NCBI GenBank assembly: GCA_024277675.1
Contig: JAJRUS010000047.1
Span: 37,791-101,790, forward strand
Direction of reading: 5' to 3'
Length of the DNA: 64,000 nt
Source of the DNA: a bacterium
GTDB taxonomy: Bacteria; SZUA-182; SZUA-191; JAJRXT01
The position numbers and the translations under genes were made by a program. This document shows, piece by piece, positions 30,097 to 38,969 of the stretch. The stretch's first letter is position 1; each line of letters opens with the position of its first letter. The notes under the pieces are model-generated. The model was not told the DNA's origin. It saw nothing but the letters and a program-made list of their open reading frames with translations, and did not search any database.

Positions 30097-31098
30097 TTAA
30101 CGGGCACAACGAAATCCCACATCATCATAAATACCATCAGCCTTCAGCTTTTTACGATAAATGGTAGTGGCCATAAAGGGTTTTGACTTAAATGATCCTC
30201 CCCGGGCAACCCGCAGGTTTTGGTCCGCTGCTTCAACACTTAGGGCAGAGCCCGGATATGGTTTATACTTGTCGGCAGTCCATTCCCACACATTACCGGC
30301 CATATCATAGCAATCAAATTTACTGATTCCTTTCTCATACCTGCCGGTAATAGTGGGGGCGTTGAATCTTTCTCCTTTTGTATTAGTCCAGGCCCCTCGA
30401 AATTTTCGTCCCCAGGGAAAATAGAAGCTCTTTTTCCCGCCGCTGGCGGCTATTTCCCATTCCGCCTCAGTAGGCAGTCGCTTTTTTGCCCACTTGCAAT
30501 AGGCGGCTGCATCACTCCAGCTTACATTAACTACGGGATAGTCATCCTGATTCCTGCGGTAAGCGCCTCCGCGCCAGTGCCGTGGAGCCGGATGATGGGC
30601 AGCCTTTATGAATTTCTTGTAGCGGCTGTTGGTAACTTCATATTTGTCAATACGGAAAGCCTTCAATTTCACCGTATGTTTAGGAACGGATGCCAGGTAA
30701 TCCTTCTCGGAACCGCCTATGTTTTTGAGAATCCATTTTATTCTTTTTTGATCAATTCCCATGCTGTATTCGTCGGCAGGAATTGATACCATCCGGCTTC
30801 GGTCCTGATCGGCTCTAACCAGCGACAGGTTCACCTCGGCAACGGCGCCGGCAAATATCTCTATATTAGCCGTCTCCTGTAAATAGCCGCTGGTTTCCGC
30901 AATAATTACATGCTTGCCGACGTCTATATTTATTTTCAGCTTTTTGGTAGTAGCTAAATGAGCCGCCTGACCATCAATGAAAATATAGGCTTCCGGAATA
31001 CACTTAATTATCAACTTACCCACCTCGGCCCTGGCGATTGAATTACCAATCAGTAAAAACATCCCGCCTATTAACCAGCCTGCCAAAAAATTTTTCAT
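30097..31098 (-). CDS. Secreted PEGA-like domain + FGE/SUMF1 domain protein
   Basis: 333 aa. Signal peptide. N-terminal beta-rich PEGA-like segment (GKLIIKCIPEAYIFIDG...VGKHVIIAE). C-terminal VNVSWSDAAAYCKWAKKRLPTEAEWE...GNVWEWT...GFRCA. Confidence 0.8.
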   Translation of the reverse strand: MKNFLAGWLIGGMFLLIGNSIARAEVGKLIIKCIPEAYIFIDGQAAHLATTKKLKINIDVGKHVIIAETSGYLQETANIEIFAGAVAEVNLSLVRADQDRSRMVSIPADEYSMGIDQKRIKWILKNIGGSEKDYLASVPKHTVKLKAFRIDKYEVTNSRYKKFIKAAHHPAPRHWRGGAYRRNQDDYPVVNVSWSDAAAYCKWAKKRLPTEAEWEIAASGGKKSFYFPWGRKFRGAWTNTKGERFNAPTITGRYEKGISKFDCYDMAGNVWEWTADKYKPYPGSALSVEAADQNLRVARGGSFKSKPFMATTIYRKKLKADGIYDDVGFRCAR

Positions 31099-31144
31099 TA
31101 TAATTACCTCTTAGATTCAAAGAACTGTACCGGAAAATTAAATC

Positions 31145-32014
31145 TTATTTTACGGTTACACAACTAATGCCAACTTCCTTGGGACTGTTTCCGGTATCAT
31201 CAAAATCGCGATCTATGCAACGCAAGTAAAACTTAACGTTTAAAACCGACCCGCCTCGCACTACTTTATAAAAACCGGTCTCAGGCCCCGTCGGGTTTTT
31301 ATTCGGGCTATACTTATAATATCCGGGATCATACCAATCAGCTACCCATTCAGCCACATTACCGGCCATGTCCAAGGCCCCATATGCTGAAAAACCTTGA
31401 GGCTTGCTGCCCACGGGTTGATACGTCCGGTTTCCATCCCATTGCCGGCCGAAGGGAATATTTATCGACTCAGGCGGTTGGTTGCCCCAGGGATAAAGTC
31501 TTTCGTCAATCCCCCGAGCGGCTTTCTCCCATTCCGCTTCAGTGGCTAAGCGCTTACCCGCCCACTTGCAATAGCTGTCTGCATCCTGCCAACTCACATC
31601 AACCACCGGATAATTATCCAATCCAGCCGGAAAGCCAGCCTTGCTCCAGATATCAAATTCCGGATCGCTGGTATGCGCCGGTATTCGATGATTAGTAGCC
31701 TGCACAAACTTAAAATATTGAGCATTTGTAATCTCATGTTTGTCAATGTAAAAGGCATCCAGATAAACCTTATGTGCCGGTTTTTCGTCATTATAATAAG
31801 GTTTATCGGTGCCCATTACAAACTCTCCCGCCGGCACCAGCATCATCAGGGATCCATCTTTTTTATTAAGCCGGGTAGCCGGCAAACCAGCGGCCACAGC
31901 TAAACCGGGAAAGAAAAAACAAAATGTCAATATTCCCGGTAAACATCGCCTGCCAATAATTACGGCGCTTTTGGTACGACCTTTTTTTGTCTCTGGCCCG
32001 GTATCAATCGGCAT
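31145..32014 (-). CDS. Exported FGE/SUMF1 family protein
   Basis: 289 aa. Hydrophobic N-terminus. VDVSWQDADSYCKWAGKRLATEAEWEKAARG...GNVAEWV... Confidence 0.8.
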   Translation of the reverse strand: MPIDTGPETKKGRTKSAVIIGRRCLPGILTFCFFFPGLAVAAGLPATRLNKKDGSLMMLVPAGEFVMGTDKPYYNDEKPAHKVYLDAFYIDKHEITNAQYFKFVQATNHRIPAHTSDPEFDIWSKAGFPAGLDNYPVVDVSWQDADSYCKWAGKRLATEAEWEKAARGIDERLYPWGNQPPESINIPFGRQWDGNRTYQPVGSKPQGFSAYGALDMAGNVAEWVADWYDPGYYKYSPNKNPTGPETGFYKVVRGGSVLNVKFYLRCIDRDFDDTGNSPKEVGISCVTVK

Positions 32015-32078
32015 TATTTGTTACCTCTTAGTTAACTGGTTAATCAAGCATAGTATATACTATTAGACTATTATTTGG

Positions 32079-32489
32079 CTAAGAATTTTTTACCGCCTTC
32101 ATATTATTGCTCTTGGCCGGGGGAAATAAGGCCTGTTTTACGGTGGTAACGAGGTTTTCAATTACAAACGGCTTAGCCACAAATTCATAGTTACCAATTT
32201 CCTGTAGCCTGCTATATAGAACATCATTTCTATAAGGGCCGATAACTATTACCGGCGTGTTTGGCTGGTGATTCCTTATACATTTCAATATGTTATTAGT
32301 AGATAAGTTGGTCAGCGGCGTATCCAGCAATACCAAATCAAGTCCTTTTTTAGAAACAGCCTCAAGCGTATCGGCTAAAGAATCACTGGTTATGATATGG
32401 CAATTCTGGGTCTGGAATACTTTTTTAAGCAGCCAACACATATCTGCGTCTGAACCCACCACGAGTATATTTTTAGCGTCCTTAGGCAT
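32079..32489 (-). CDS. Single-domain response regulator (CheY-like receiver)
   Basis: Receiver fold (ILVVGSDADM...DLVLLDTPL...KPF). Start placed at MPKDAKN (ATG 32489..32487) downstream of GGGAGA and of a sigma-54 promoter. The ORF track's longer ORF starts at 32516. Confidence 0.7.
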   Translation of the reverse strand: MPKDAKNILVVGSDADMCWLLKKVFQTQNCHIITSDSLADTLEAVSKKGLDLVLLDTPLTNLSTNNILKCIRNHQPNTPVIVIGPYRNDVLYSRLQEIGNYEFVAKPFVIENLVTTVKQALFPPAKSNNMKAVKNS

Positions 32490-32536
32490 AAATTTTCCAT
32501 CTCCCGAAATTAACATATAAAATCTTACCTATCCAT

Positions 32537-32554
32537 TTGCAACCCTTATGCCAT
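32537..32554 (-). promoter_or_regulatory. Sigma-54 (-24/-12) promoter TGGCAT-N5-TTGCA
   Basis: Minus strand reads A-TGGCAT-AAGGG-TTGCA-A with consensus GG/GC spacing. About 38 nt upstream of the receiver gene ATG. Confidence 0.6.
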
Positions 32555-32693
32555 ATACAAAGGCAGAAAACAGCCCTCATAAAATAAGTTAACTGGTTGA
32601 AAAGAATATACTATAAAAACAAACTAAGAAAATGAATTAGATTATGGTTAGTTAGAATATGGCATGGATGCCATATGGGAGGGCAATGTTGGC

Positions 32694-33689
32694 CTAAAAC
32701 CGTGCCAACAGTTTCCAGTATTCATCCAGCATCTGGAAGAAGCGGGGTTTGCTTTGCAGGGTATGCATTAGTCGGCGGAAATTAGCGCTACCAGGCAAGC
32801 TTTGAGTGTACCAGATAAGATGCTTTCTTATATGTAATAAGGCTGGTTCAAAGCCGTAATACCGACCAAATAACTCAAAATGACGGATTATAACCGATTT
32901 TCTCTCCGCCAAACCGGGCGCCGGGGGGCAATGGCCGGAAGCTAAATATCGGCCTGTTTGATCAAATATCCAGGGATTTCCCCTGGCCGCCCGGCCTATC
33001 ATAACGCCGTCGCAGCCGGTTTGGCTTAACATGCGGCCGGCATCCAGCGGCGTTTTAACATCTCCATTACCGATTACCGTACAGGATACCGTTTCTTTTA
33101 GTTTTCTTATAAGTTGCCAATCGGCCGCCCCGGTAAATCCTTGAGTCCTGGTGCGTCCATGTATGCTAATGGCGTCTACCCCGCAACCCTCAGCAATACG
33201 GGCAATTTCCAGCGCATTAATTTGGGCGGTATCCCAACCGGCTCGAATCTTAACCGTCAACGGAACATTAACCGCCCGGCGAACCTTTTTTAGAATTCGC
33301 TCGACCAGGCGCGGCTCTCTCATAAGTGCAGAACCCGCCCCGCTCCTTACCACCTTCTTCACCGGACAGCCCATATTAATATCTATTAAATCCGCCCCGT
33401 TTTCGGCGGCGATTATAGCCCCTGCTGCCAATATGTCGGGATCGGCCCCAAACAATTGCACCGCCAGAGGTTTTTCTGCCGGATGACTCATTAAATAACG
33501 GTTATTATGCTTAAAGTGATGTACCAAACCGTGGCTGCTCACCATCTCACTAAACACCAGCCCACAGCCATATTCTTTGGCCAGCAGTCTGAAAGGCAGA
33601 TTAGTGATGCCCGCCATAGGGGCCAATATAAGCGGATTTTTTAGTTTCAGCTTACCAATTTGCATAAGGCTTACAGGTATTTCCCCCAA
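32694..33689 (-). CDS. dusB: tRNA-dihydrouridine synthase
   Basis: 331 aa. LAPMAGITNLPFRLL, DINMGCPVKKV, IGNGDV motifs. Confidence 0.9.
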   Translation of the reverse strand: MGEIPVSLMQIGKLKLKNPLILAPMAGITNLPFRLLAKEYGCGLVFSEMVSSHGLVHHFKHNNRYLMSHPAEKPLAVQLFGADPDILAAGAIIAAENGADLIDINMGCPVKKVVRSGAGSALMREPRLVERILKKVRRAVNVPLTVKIRAGWDTAQINALEIARIAEGCGVDAISIHGRTRTQGFTGAADWQLIRKLKETVSCTVIGNGDVKTPLDAGRMLSQTGCDGVMIGRAARGNPWIFDQTGRYLASGHCPPAPGLAERKSVIIRHFELFGRYYGFEPALLHIRKHLIWYTQSLPGSANFRRLMHTLQSKPRFFQMLDEYWKLLARF

Positions 33690-34753
33690 CCCTTATCCCT
33701 TAACATATTCACCAGTTGCTTAATCTCCTGGGCCCGTTCGGCGTTACAAACCAACAATACATCCTCAGTTTCCACAATTATTATGTTTTCCAACCCGATG
33801 GTGGCTACCGGTTTATTGGGTGAGTGGATGATTATATCTTTACTGTCCAGCCCCAGGTGCCGCCCCAAGGTTACATTGCCGGCTTCATCTGCCGGGAACA
33901 CCTCCCGCAAACTGGGCCAGCTTCCCACATCATTCCAGCCCAGATCACCCCTTACCACCACTGTATGAGGGTATTTCTCCATAATGCCATAGTCAATGGA
34001 AATGGACGGCAGACGCGGATAAACACCGGCCAGGCTTGATTCTTGCTGCGGCGTCCCCAAAGCAGGCTCAATGCCGAGTAACGATTTATAAATATCCGGC
34101 AGGTATTGTTCGAAGGCGGACAATATAACTTCACTTCGCCATACAAAAATGCCGCTGTTCCATAAGGCGCCGTCAGCTAAATATTTTTCAGCCTCGGTCA
34201 ATTCCGGCTTTTCGGTAAAGGTTTTGACTTTATATGCTTTAAGCCCTGCCGAATGCGCTATCTCGTCCGCCAGCAGAATATACCCATAACCGGTATGCGG
34301 AGACTGAGGCTTTACCCCCAAGGTAACCAGACAATCATCAGTCTCAGCTAATGAAGCCGCCATAAGCAGCGCTTGCTTAAATTCATCGGTATCTTGAATC
34401 AAGTGATCGGCCGGCATCACCACCATTACGGCTTGTGGGTCGGATTTTTTAAGATATAAAGCTGCCAGCGCAATGCAGGGGGCGGTATTACGCCCAATTG
34501 GCTCCACTAAGATATTCTGGCGGGGGATTTGGGGTAGTTGCTGCCGGATAGCATCCGCCTGATTAGCGGCGGTTACCACCAACACCCGTTCGGCAGGGAT
34601 AATATCAGCCAAACGCTGTACGGTCTGCTGAATAAGGCTCAGCTCGCCCCCCAGTCTGATTAGTTGCTTGGGATATTTGGCCCGACTTAAGGGCCAGAAG
34701 CGAGTGCCTGAGCCACCAGCCATTATTACCGCATATAGTGACTTATTTGCCAA
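33671..34753 (-). CDS. manC: Mannose-1-phosphate guanylyltransferase (GDP-mannose pyrophosphorylase)
   Basis: YAVIMAGGSGTRFWPLSR nucleotidyl-transferase motif. Start placed at TTG 34753..34751 to remove a 47-nt overlap with the upstream gene. The longest ORF extends to 34801. Confidence 0.8.
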   Translation of the reverse strand: MANKSLYAVIMAGGSGTRFWPLSRAKYPKQLIRLGGELSLIQQTVQRLADIIPAERVLVVTAANQADAIRQQLPQIPRQNILVEPIGRNTAPCIALAALYLKKSDPQAVMVVMPADHLIQDTDEFKQALLMAASLAETDDCLVTLGVKPQSPHTGYGYILLADEIAHSAGLKAYKVKTFTEKPELTEAEKYLADGALWNSGIFVWRSEVILSAFEQYLPDIYKSLLGIEPALGTPQQESSLAGVYPRLPSISIDYGIMEKYPHTVVVRGDLGWNDVGSWPSLREVFPADEAGNVTLGRHLGLDSKDIIIHSPNKPVATIGLENIIIVETEDVLLVCNAERAQEIKQLVNMLRDKGWGKYL

Positions 34754-34754
34754 T

Positions 34755-35681
34755 TTAGTATGGATTATCTTCCTCTTCCCGTTCCAGTATGTTGCCGACA
34801 ATGCGCTCTATCTCTCTAGCTGGAGAAGAATATGGGGCTTGCAGTAAAAAGGGGGTCATGGTCTTAACCGATTTACGTATCGCCTGATCGCTATAGACAC
34901 ACCCCACAAAATTTACCTTAATATTCAAGTACTTCTCGGCTACCAGCTTTACTGCGCCCACGCTTTCTTGTTCTTCCCGGGTGGTTATCATATTTGTAAT
35001 TATCTGGGGTCTGAAGTTATCCAACAGCCGGCAGAAATCAGACCTCAGGTCGCCATTGTCAGTTCCCAGTCTGCTAATCAGCTCCGCCATGGATTCAATG
35101 CTTCTTACGCTTTTGGGTTTGCCCAGTTCTCGCAACAGTTCACAAATGAAATCATTTTTTCGGATATACATCCGGGTTAATTTTCTGAACAAAGCGGTTT
35201 TGATAAAACCGTAAGCATTCTGGATAGAGGTAGGATCAGGGGTAACCACTACCAGGCGCTCATCGGCAACCGAGAAGAAATCCAATACATTAAAGGAAGT
35301 ACCCGCTCCCAGATCCAGCAATATATAGTCAACATCCAGTCTTGACAAATGGTTAATAAGTTTAAGTTTCTGGGTATATTTGGGATTGGCCAATCCCAGG
35401 ATGGCGCTGGCGCCGCTGATTAGTTTCAGATTATCGACACCCACATCCTGCAGTATTTCTGCTAAGGATTTCCGCCGGCTGAGAAAATCATTCAGTGTGT
35501 ATTTAGTGGCCCGCAATCCGAGGACAATATGAAGGTTGGAACCTCCTAAATCGGCATCTACCAGCACCACCCGTTTACCCGTGTGAGCTAAGGCGATTGC
35601 CAGATTAGCGGTAATTATTGTTTTACCTACGCCTCCCTTTCCCCCGCCTACAGCCCATATTTTTTTACCGATCATGCTCAA
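34755..35681 (-). CDS. MinD/ParA/FlhG-family P-loop ATPase
   Basis: 308 aa. GGGKGGVGKT deviant Walker A. VLVDADL. Confidence 0.75.
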   Translation of the reverse strand: MSMIGKKIWAVGGGKGGVGKTIITANLAIALAHTGKRVVLVDADLGGSNLHIVLGLRATKYTLNDFLSRRKSLAEILQDVGVDNLKLISGASAILGLANPKYTQKLKLINHLSRLDVDYILLDLGAGTSFNVLDFFSVADERLVVVTPDPTSIQNAYGFIKTALFRKLTRMYIRKNDFICELLRELGKPKSVRSIESMAELISRLGTDNGDLRSDFCRLLDNFRPQIITNMITTREEQESVGAVKLVAEKYLNIKVNFVGCVYSDQAIRKSVKTMTPFLLQAPYSSPAREIERIVGNILEREEEDNPY

Positions 35682-35963
35682 TAATCCCGTGTGAATGGCT
35701 GCTGAATCAACAGTTAAAGGGAGTAATTTGTGAATTCCTCCTTAACATACCGACATAACTACACATTCTCCAGTATATCATTTATTCGGCTAACTGCCAA
35801 GCAAAATTTTAGTGCTTGGAACCGGGATGGTAACCGGTGTCCCCCCTGTTCCAAAACTTCAATTAAAATGTTGTTGACTTCTTATTTCAGAGGTGGTAGT
35901 TTGCTAATTATTAATTAGCCATATAGATTGTCAAGCTTGTTTTCAGGGACGTTGAAGCACTAA

Positions 35964-36389
35964 ATGATACTAATAAGCGAGCAATTGCTGAGTCGGATTT
36001 GTCAGCAGGCGGTGGCTGCTTACCCTGAAGAGTGTTGTGGAATATTGGTGGGTACGGGTGATGGCAAGAAGCAGATACAGCGTTTTTGTAAAACCGCCAA
36101 CATGAATAAACAGCGGCTGCGGGAGCGATATCTGATTGATGCCTTTGAACACTATAATATAGACAAACAGGCTAGGGCTGATGGGTTGAGCATTGTCGGC
36201 TTTTATCACTCTCATCCGGATTCTCCGCCCTACCCTTCTGAATTCGATATAAAAAGCGCCTGGCCCGCTTATTCATACATAATCATTTCAGTAGATAAGC
36301 ATAAAAATACTGAGGCAAAATCATGGATACTGGCTGGCCGGAACCGGTGTTTAGTAGCTGAAGAAATACGGTACTTAAGGATATCTTGA
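35964..36389 (+). CDS. Mov34/MPN/JAB (JAMM) family metalloprotease
   Basis: 141 aa. E...HSHPDSPPYPSEFD JAMM motif. Stop codon lies within the terminus of TIR element copy C. Confidence 0.8.
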   Translation: MILISEQLLSRICQQAVAAYPEECCGILVGTGDGKKQIQRFCKTANMNKQRLRERYLIDAFEHYNIDKQARADGLSIVGFYHSHPDSPPYPSEFDIKSAWPAYSYIIISVDKHKNTEAKSWILAGRNRCLVAEEIRYLRIS

Positions 36390-36518
36390 AAAATTAGAGA
36401 TTTTGTTCGGGGACAAGGAGCAGCGAGTCGAAAAAGCGCAGTGTACATACGAGTACATGAGCATTTTGAGGCGACCTGCGACGCCGTCAATCGGTGAGGA
36501 GAGCAATTTTTCAAGGTA
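36382..36518. repeat. 137-bp TIR element, copy C (inverted orientation, divergent core)
   Basis: Begins TATCTTGAAAAATTAGAGATTTTGTTC and ends CAATTTTTCAAGGTA. Both termini match copies A and B. The interior has diverged. Confidence 0.65.
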
Positions 36519-36545
36519 CTCTCATAGAGGAGATGGCAAAAATAA

Positions 36546-36995
36546 ATGCAAGCTAAAGATATTATGACTAAAAAAGTGTTTACTGTAACTGCGGATATGC
36601 CCATTAAAGAGTTAGCTCAATTTCTATTGGAACACCGGATTAGCGGTGCGCCGGTGGTGGACGAGCAAGGCAGCTTTTTGGGATTGATCACCGAAAAAGA
36701 GCTGATTGAACAAAATAAAAAGTTGCATATTCCCACAGTAGTAACTATAATGGAAGCTGTAATTTACCTGGAAAGTCTCAAGCATTTCGAGCAAGAGCTA
36801 AAAGAAATGCTGGCTACCCGGGTGGAGGATTTATATTTGAGAGAAGTGGCTACTATCGGCGAGGATACCGAGTTAGAAGATATTGCCACCCTGATGAGTG
36901 AATCCAGCGCTGAGTTATTGCCGGTAATGCGGGATAACGAGTTGGTGGGTATAGTCGGCAAGGCCGATGTGGTGCGTGCTATTACCAGGCAGTAG
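36546..36995 (+). CDS. CBS domain pair protein
   Basis: 149 aa. Two CBS motifs (DIMTKKVFTV...ISGAPVVD; LLPVMRDNELVGIV). Confidence 0.8.
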   Translation: MQAKDIMTKKVFTVTADMPIKELAQFLLEHRISGAPVVDEQGSFLGLITEKELIEQNKKLHIPTVVTIMEAVIYLESLKHFEQELKEMLATRVEDLYLREVATIGEDTELEDIATLMSESSAELLPVMRDNELVGIVGKADVVRAITRQ

Positions 36996-37058
36996 ATTAG
37001 CAGAACGATATTTAGTTAAACCTTTAAACTTATAAGCTTCCCGGACAACAAAAAAATC

Positions 37059-38078
37059 ATGGCGATATTTGATAAAGACAATAAAAACAAACAGCAAAGC
37101 CCCTGGGACAAGCTTTCCAGCGGTTCCAATCTACCCAAACTTCCGCAGATCAAGCTGCCCAATGCAGGGATAATTTTACTGATATTTTTAGTTCTCTGGC
37201 TGGCCAGCGGCATTTTCGTAGTGGGGCCTGATGAGCAGGGAGTGGTAAGGCGGTTTGGCAAGTTGACAAGGTTGGCGATGCCGGGCATAAGCTGGCATTT
37301 TCCCTCACCGATAGAGGAAGTGGATGTCCCTAAAATTACCGAGGTAAAGCGGGTTGAAGTTGGCTTTCGTACCCGTGATCCGGGGCCGCCGGCCATTTAT
37401 CAGGATGTGTTACCCGAAGCGCTTATGTTGACCAGCGATGAGAATATAATCAGCGTACAGTTTGTAGTGCAATATATGATCAAAGATGCTCCGGCCTATT
37501 TATTCAACGTGCGGAACGTTGATAAAACCGTACGCAATGCCTCAGAAGCGGCCATGCGGGAAGTAATAGGCAAAACCAATATCGATGAAGCGCTGACTGT
37601 GGCCCAGGCCAGTGTTCAGGAAAGTGTCCGAGAATTACTGCAACAGATACTGGATAGCTATAAGGCCGGTTTGAAGGTAAGCCTGGTACAACTGCAGGAA
37701 GTGAAGGTGCCGAGACAGGTAATCCAGGCCTTTGAAGATGTGGTTAATGCCAAAAAAGACAAAAAAAGGTTAATCAACGAATCGCAAGGGTATCAGGAGG
37801 ATGTGTTGCCCAAGGCCCGCGGCCGGGCAGCACAAATTTTAAAACAAGCTGAAGCCTACCGGGACAAAAAAGTAAAGCACGCCCTGGGAGATGCCAAAAA
37901 GTTCCTTGAAATTCTCAAAGAATACCGCAAGGCCAAGAATATTACCAGAAAAAGACTGTTTATTGAAACCATGGAAGAAGTCCTGCCTTCAATGGAGAAG
38001 GTTATTGTGGATAAAAATGTCAAAGGCGGAATATTACCGCTGTTGCAATTGAAACCAGCTACTAAATCCGCTAAATAG
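37059..38078 (+). CDS. hflK: FtsH protease modulator HflK (SPFH/band 7)
   Basis: 339 aa. N-terminal TM. SPFH domain. Followed by hflC. Confidence 0.85.
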   Translation: MAIFDKDNKNKQQSPWDKLSSGSNLPKLPQIKLPNAGIILLIFLVLWLASGIFVVGPDEQGVVRRFGKLTRLAMPGISWHFPSPIEEVDVPKITEVKRVEVGFRTRDPGPPAIYQDVLPEALMLTSDENIISVQFVVQYMIKDAPAYLFNVRNVDKTVRNASEAAMREVIGKTNIDEALTVAQASVQESVRELLQQILDSYKAGLKVSLVQLQEVKVPRQVIQAFEDVVNAKKDKKRLINESQGYQEDVLPKARGRAAQILKQAEAYRDKKVKHALGDAKKFLEILKEYRKAKNITRKRLFIETMEEVLPSMEKVIVDKNVKGGILPLLQLKPATKSAK

Positions 38079-38091
38079 GGATGGCCCACAT

Positions 38092-38946
38092 ATGAATAGA
38101 AAATTGTCCATTATTCTTATTGCCCTGTTTGCGGTGATGTTTGCCGCCAATCTGGTCTTATTTACCGTAGATGAGCGGCAACAAGTGGTAATTACCCGTT
38201 TCGGCAAGCCGATAAAAGTAATTAAAGAGCCGGGGCTGTACATTAAAAGCCCACTGGAGCAAACTACTTTATTTGACGACCGTTTATTGGATTACGACTC
38301 CCTGCCGGCCAAAATTTATACCAAGGATAAACAATTGCTGGTGGTAGATAACTACTGCAAGTGGAGAATAACGGATGCGTTATTGTTTTTACAATCAGTA
38401 ATGAATGAACGTTCTGCCCAGACGCGCATCGATGATATTGTGTTCTCTGAGTTGAGGTAGCGGTTGAAGCATTATACTCTAACCAATGTGGTCTCCACCG
38501 ACCGTGAGTTAATACTGAAATCAGTAACTGAGGCCAGCCGGAAAAAGGCTATAAAATTAGGCATTGGGATAGTCGATGTACGCATTAAACGGGCCGATCT
38601 GCCGGATGAAAACGCCAAGCATCTATATGGTGAAATGCGGGCTGAACGTGAGAAACAGGCCAAAAAATACCGCTCCGAAGGCGAAGAAGAGGCGGTTAAA
38701 ATAAGGGCCGCTACCGATGAAGAAAGGGTGAAAATTCTGGCTACGGCTTATCAGCAGGAACAGGAAATAAAAGGTAGAGGGGATGCCGAGGCCACCCGCA
38801 TTTATGCCGAGGCTTATAAGCAAGACCCTGAATTCTTTGCTTTCACTCGTTCATTGGATGCTTACAAAAAGACACTGAAATCACAAACCACGCTGGTCGT
38901 CTCGCCCGACAGCGAATTCCTGCAATACCTGCAAAAATCCCGCTGA
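38092..38946 (+). pseudogene. hflC: FtsH protease modulator HflC, interrupted by in-frame TAG at 38458..38460
   Basis: ORFs 38092..38460 and 38464..38946 share one frame. The joined 283-aa product aligns along its length with E. coli HflC (e.g. VDVRIKRADLP...RAEREKQAKKYRSEGEEEA...GRGDAEATRIYAEAY...FFAFTRSL). The stop falls in ...IVFSELR*RLKHY... Confidence 0.6.
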
Positions 38947-38969
38947 ATCTGCAAAACCGGCTCCCCGGC

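Noticed and set aside
22608-38460. Stop-codon reassignment or selenocysteine/pyrrolysine as the explanation for the two in-frame stops
   Set aside because: The interrupting codons are TAA and TAG (not TGA). All three stop codons clearly terminate conserved genes elsewhere in the window. No pyl genes are seen. Pseudogenisation or sequence error is more parsimonious.
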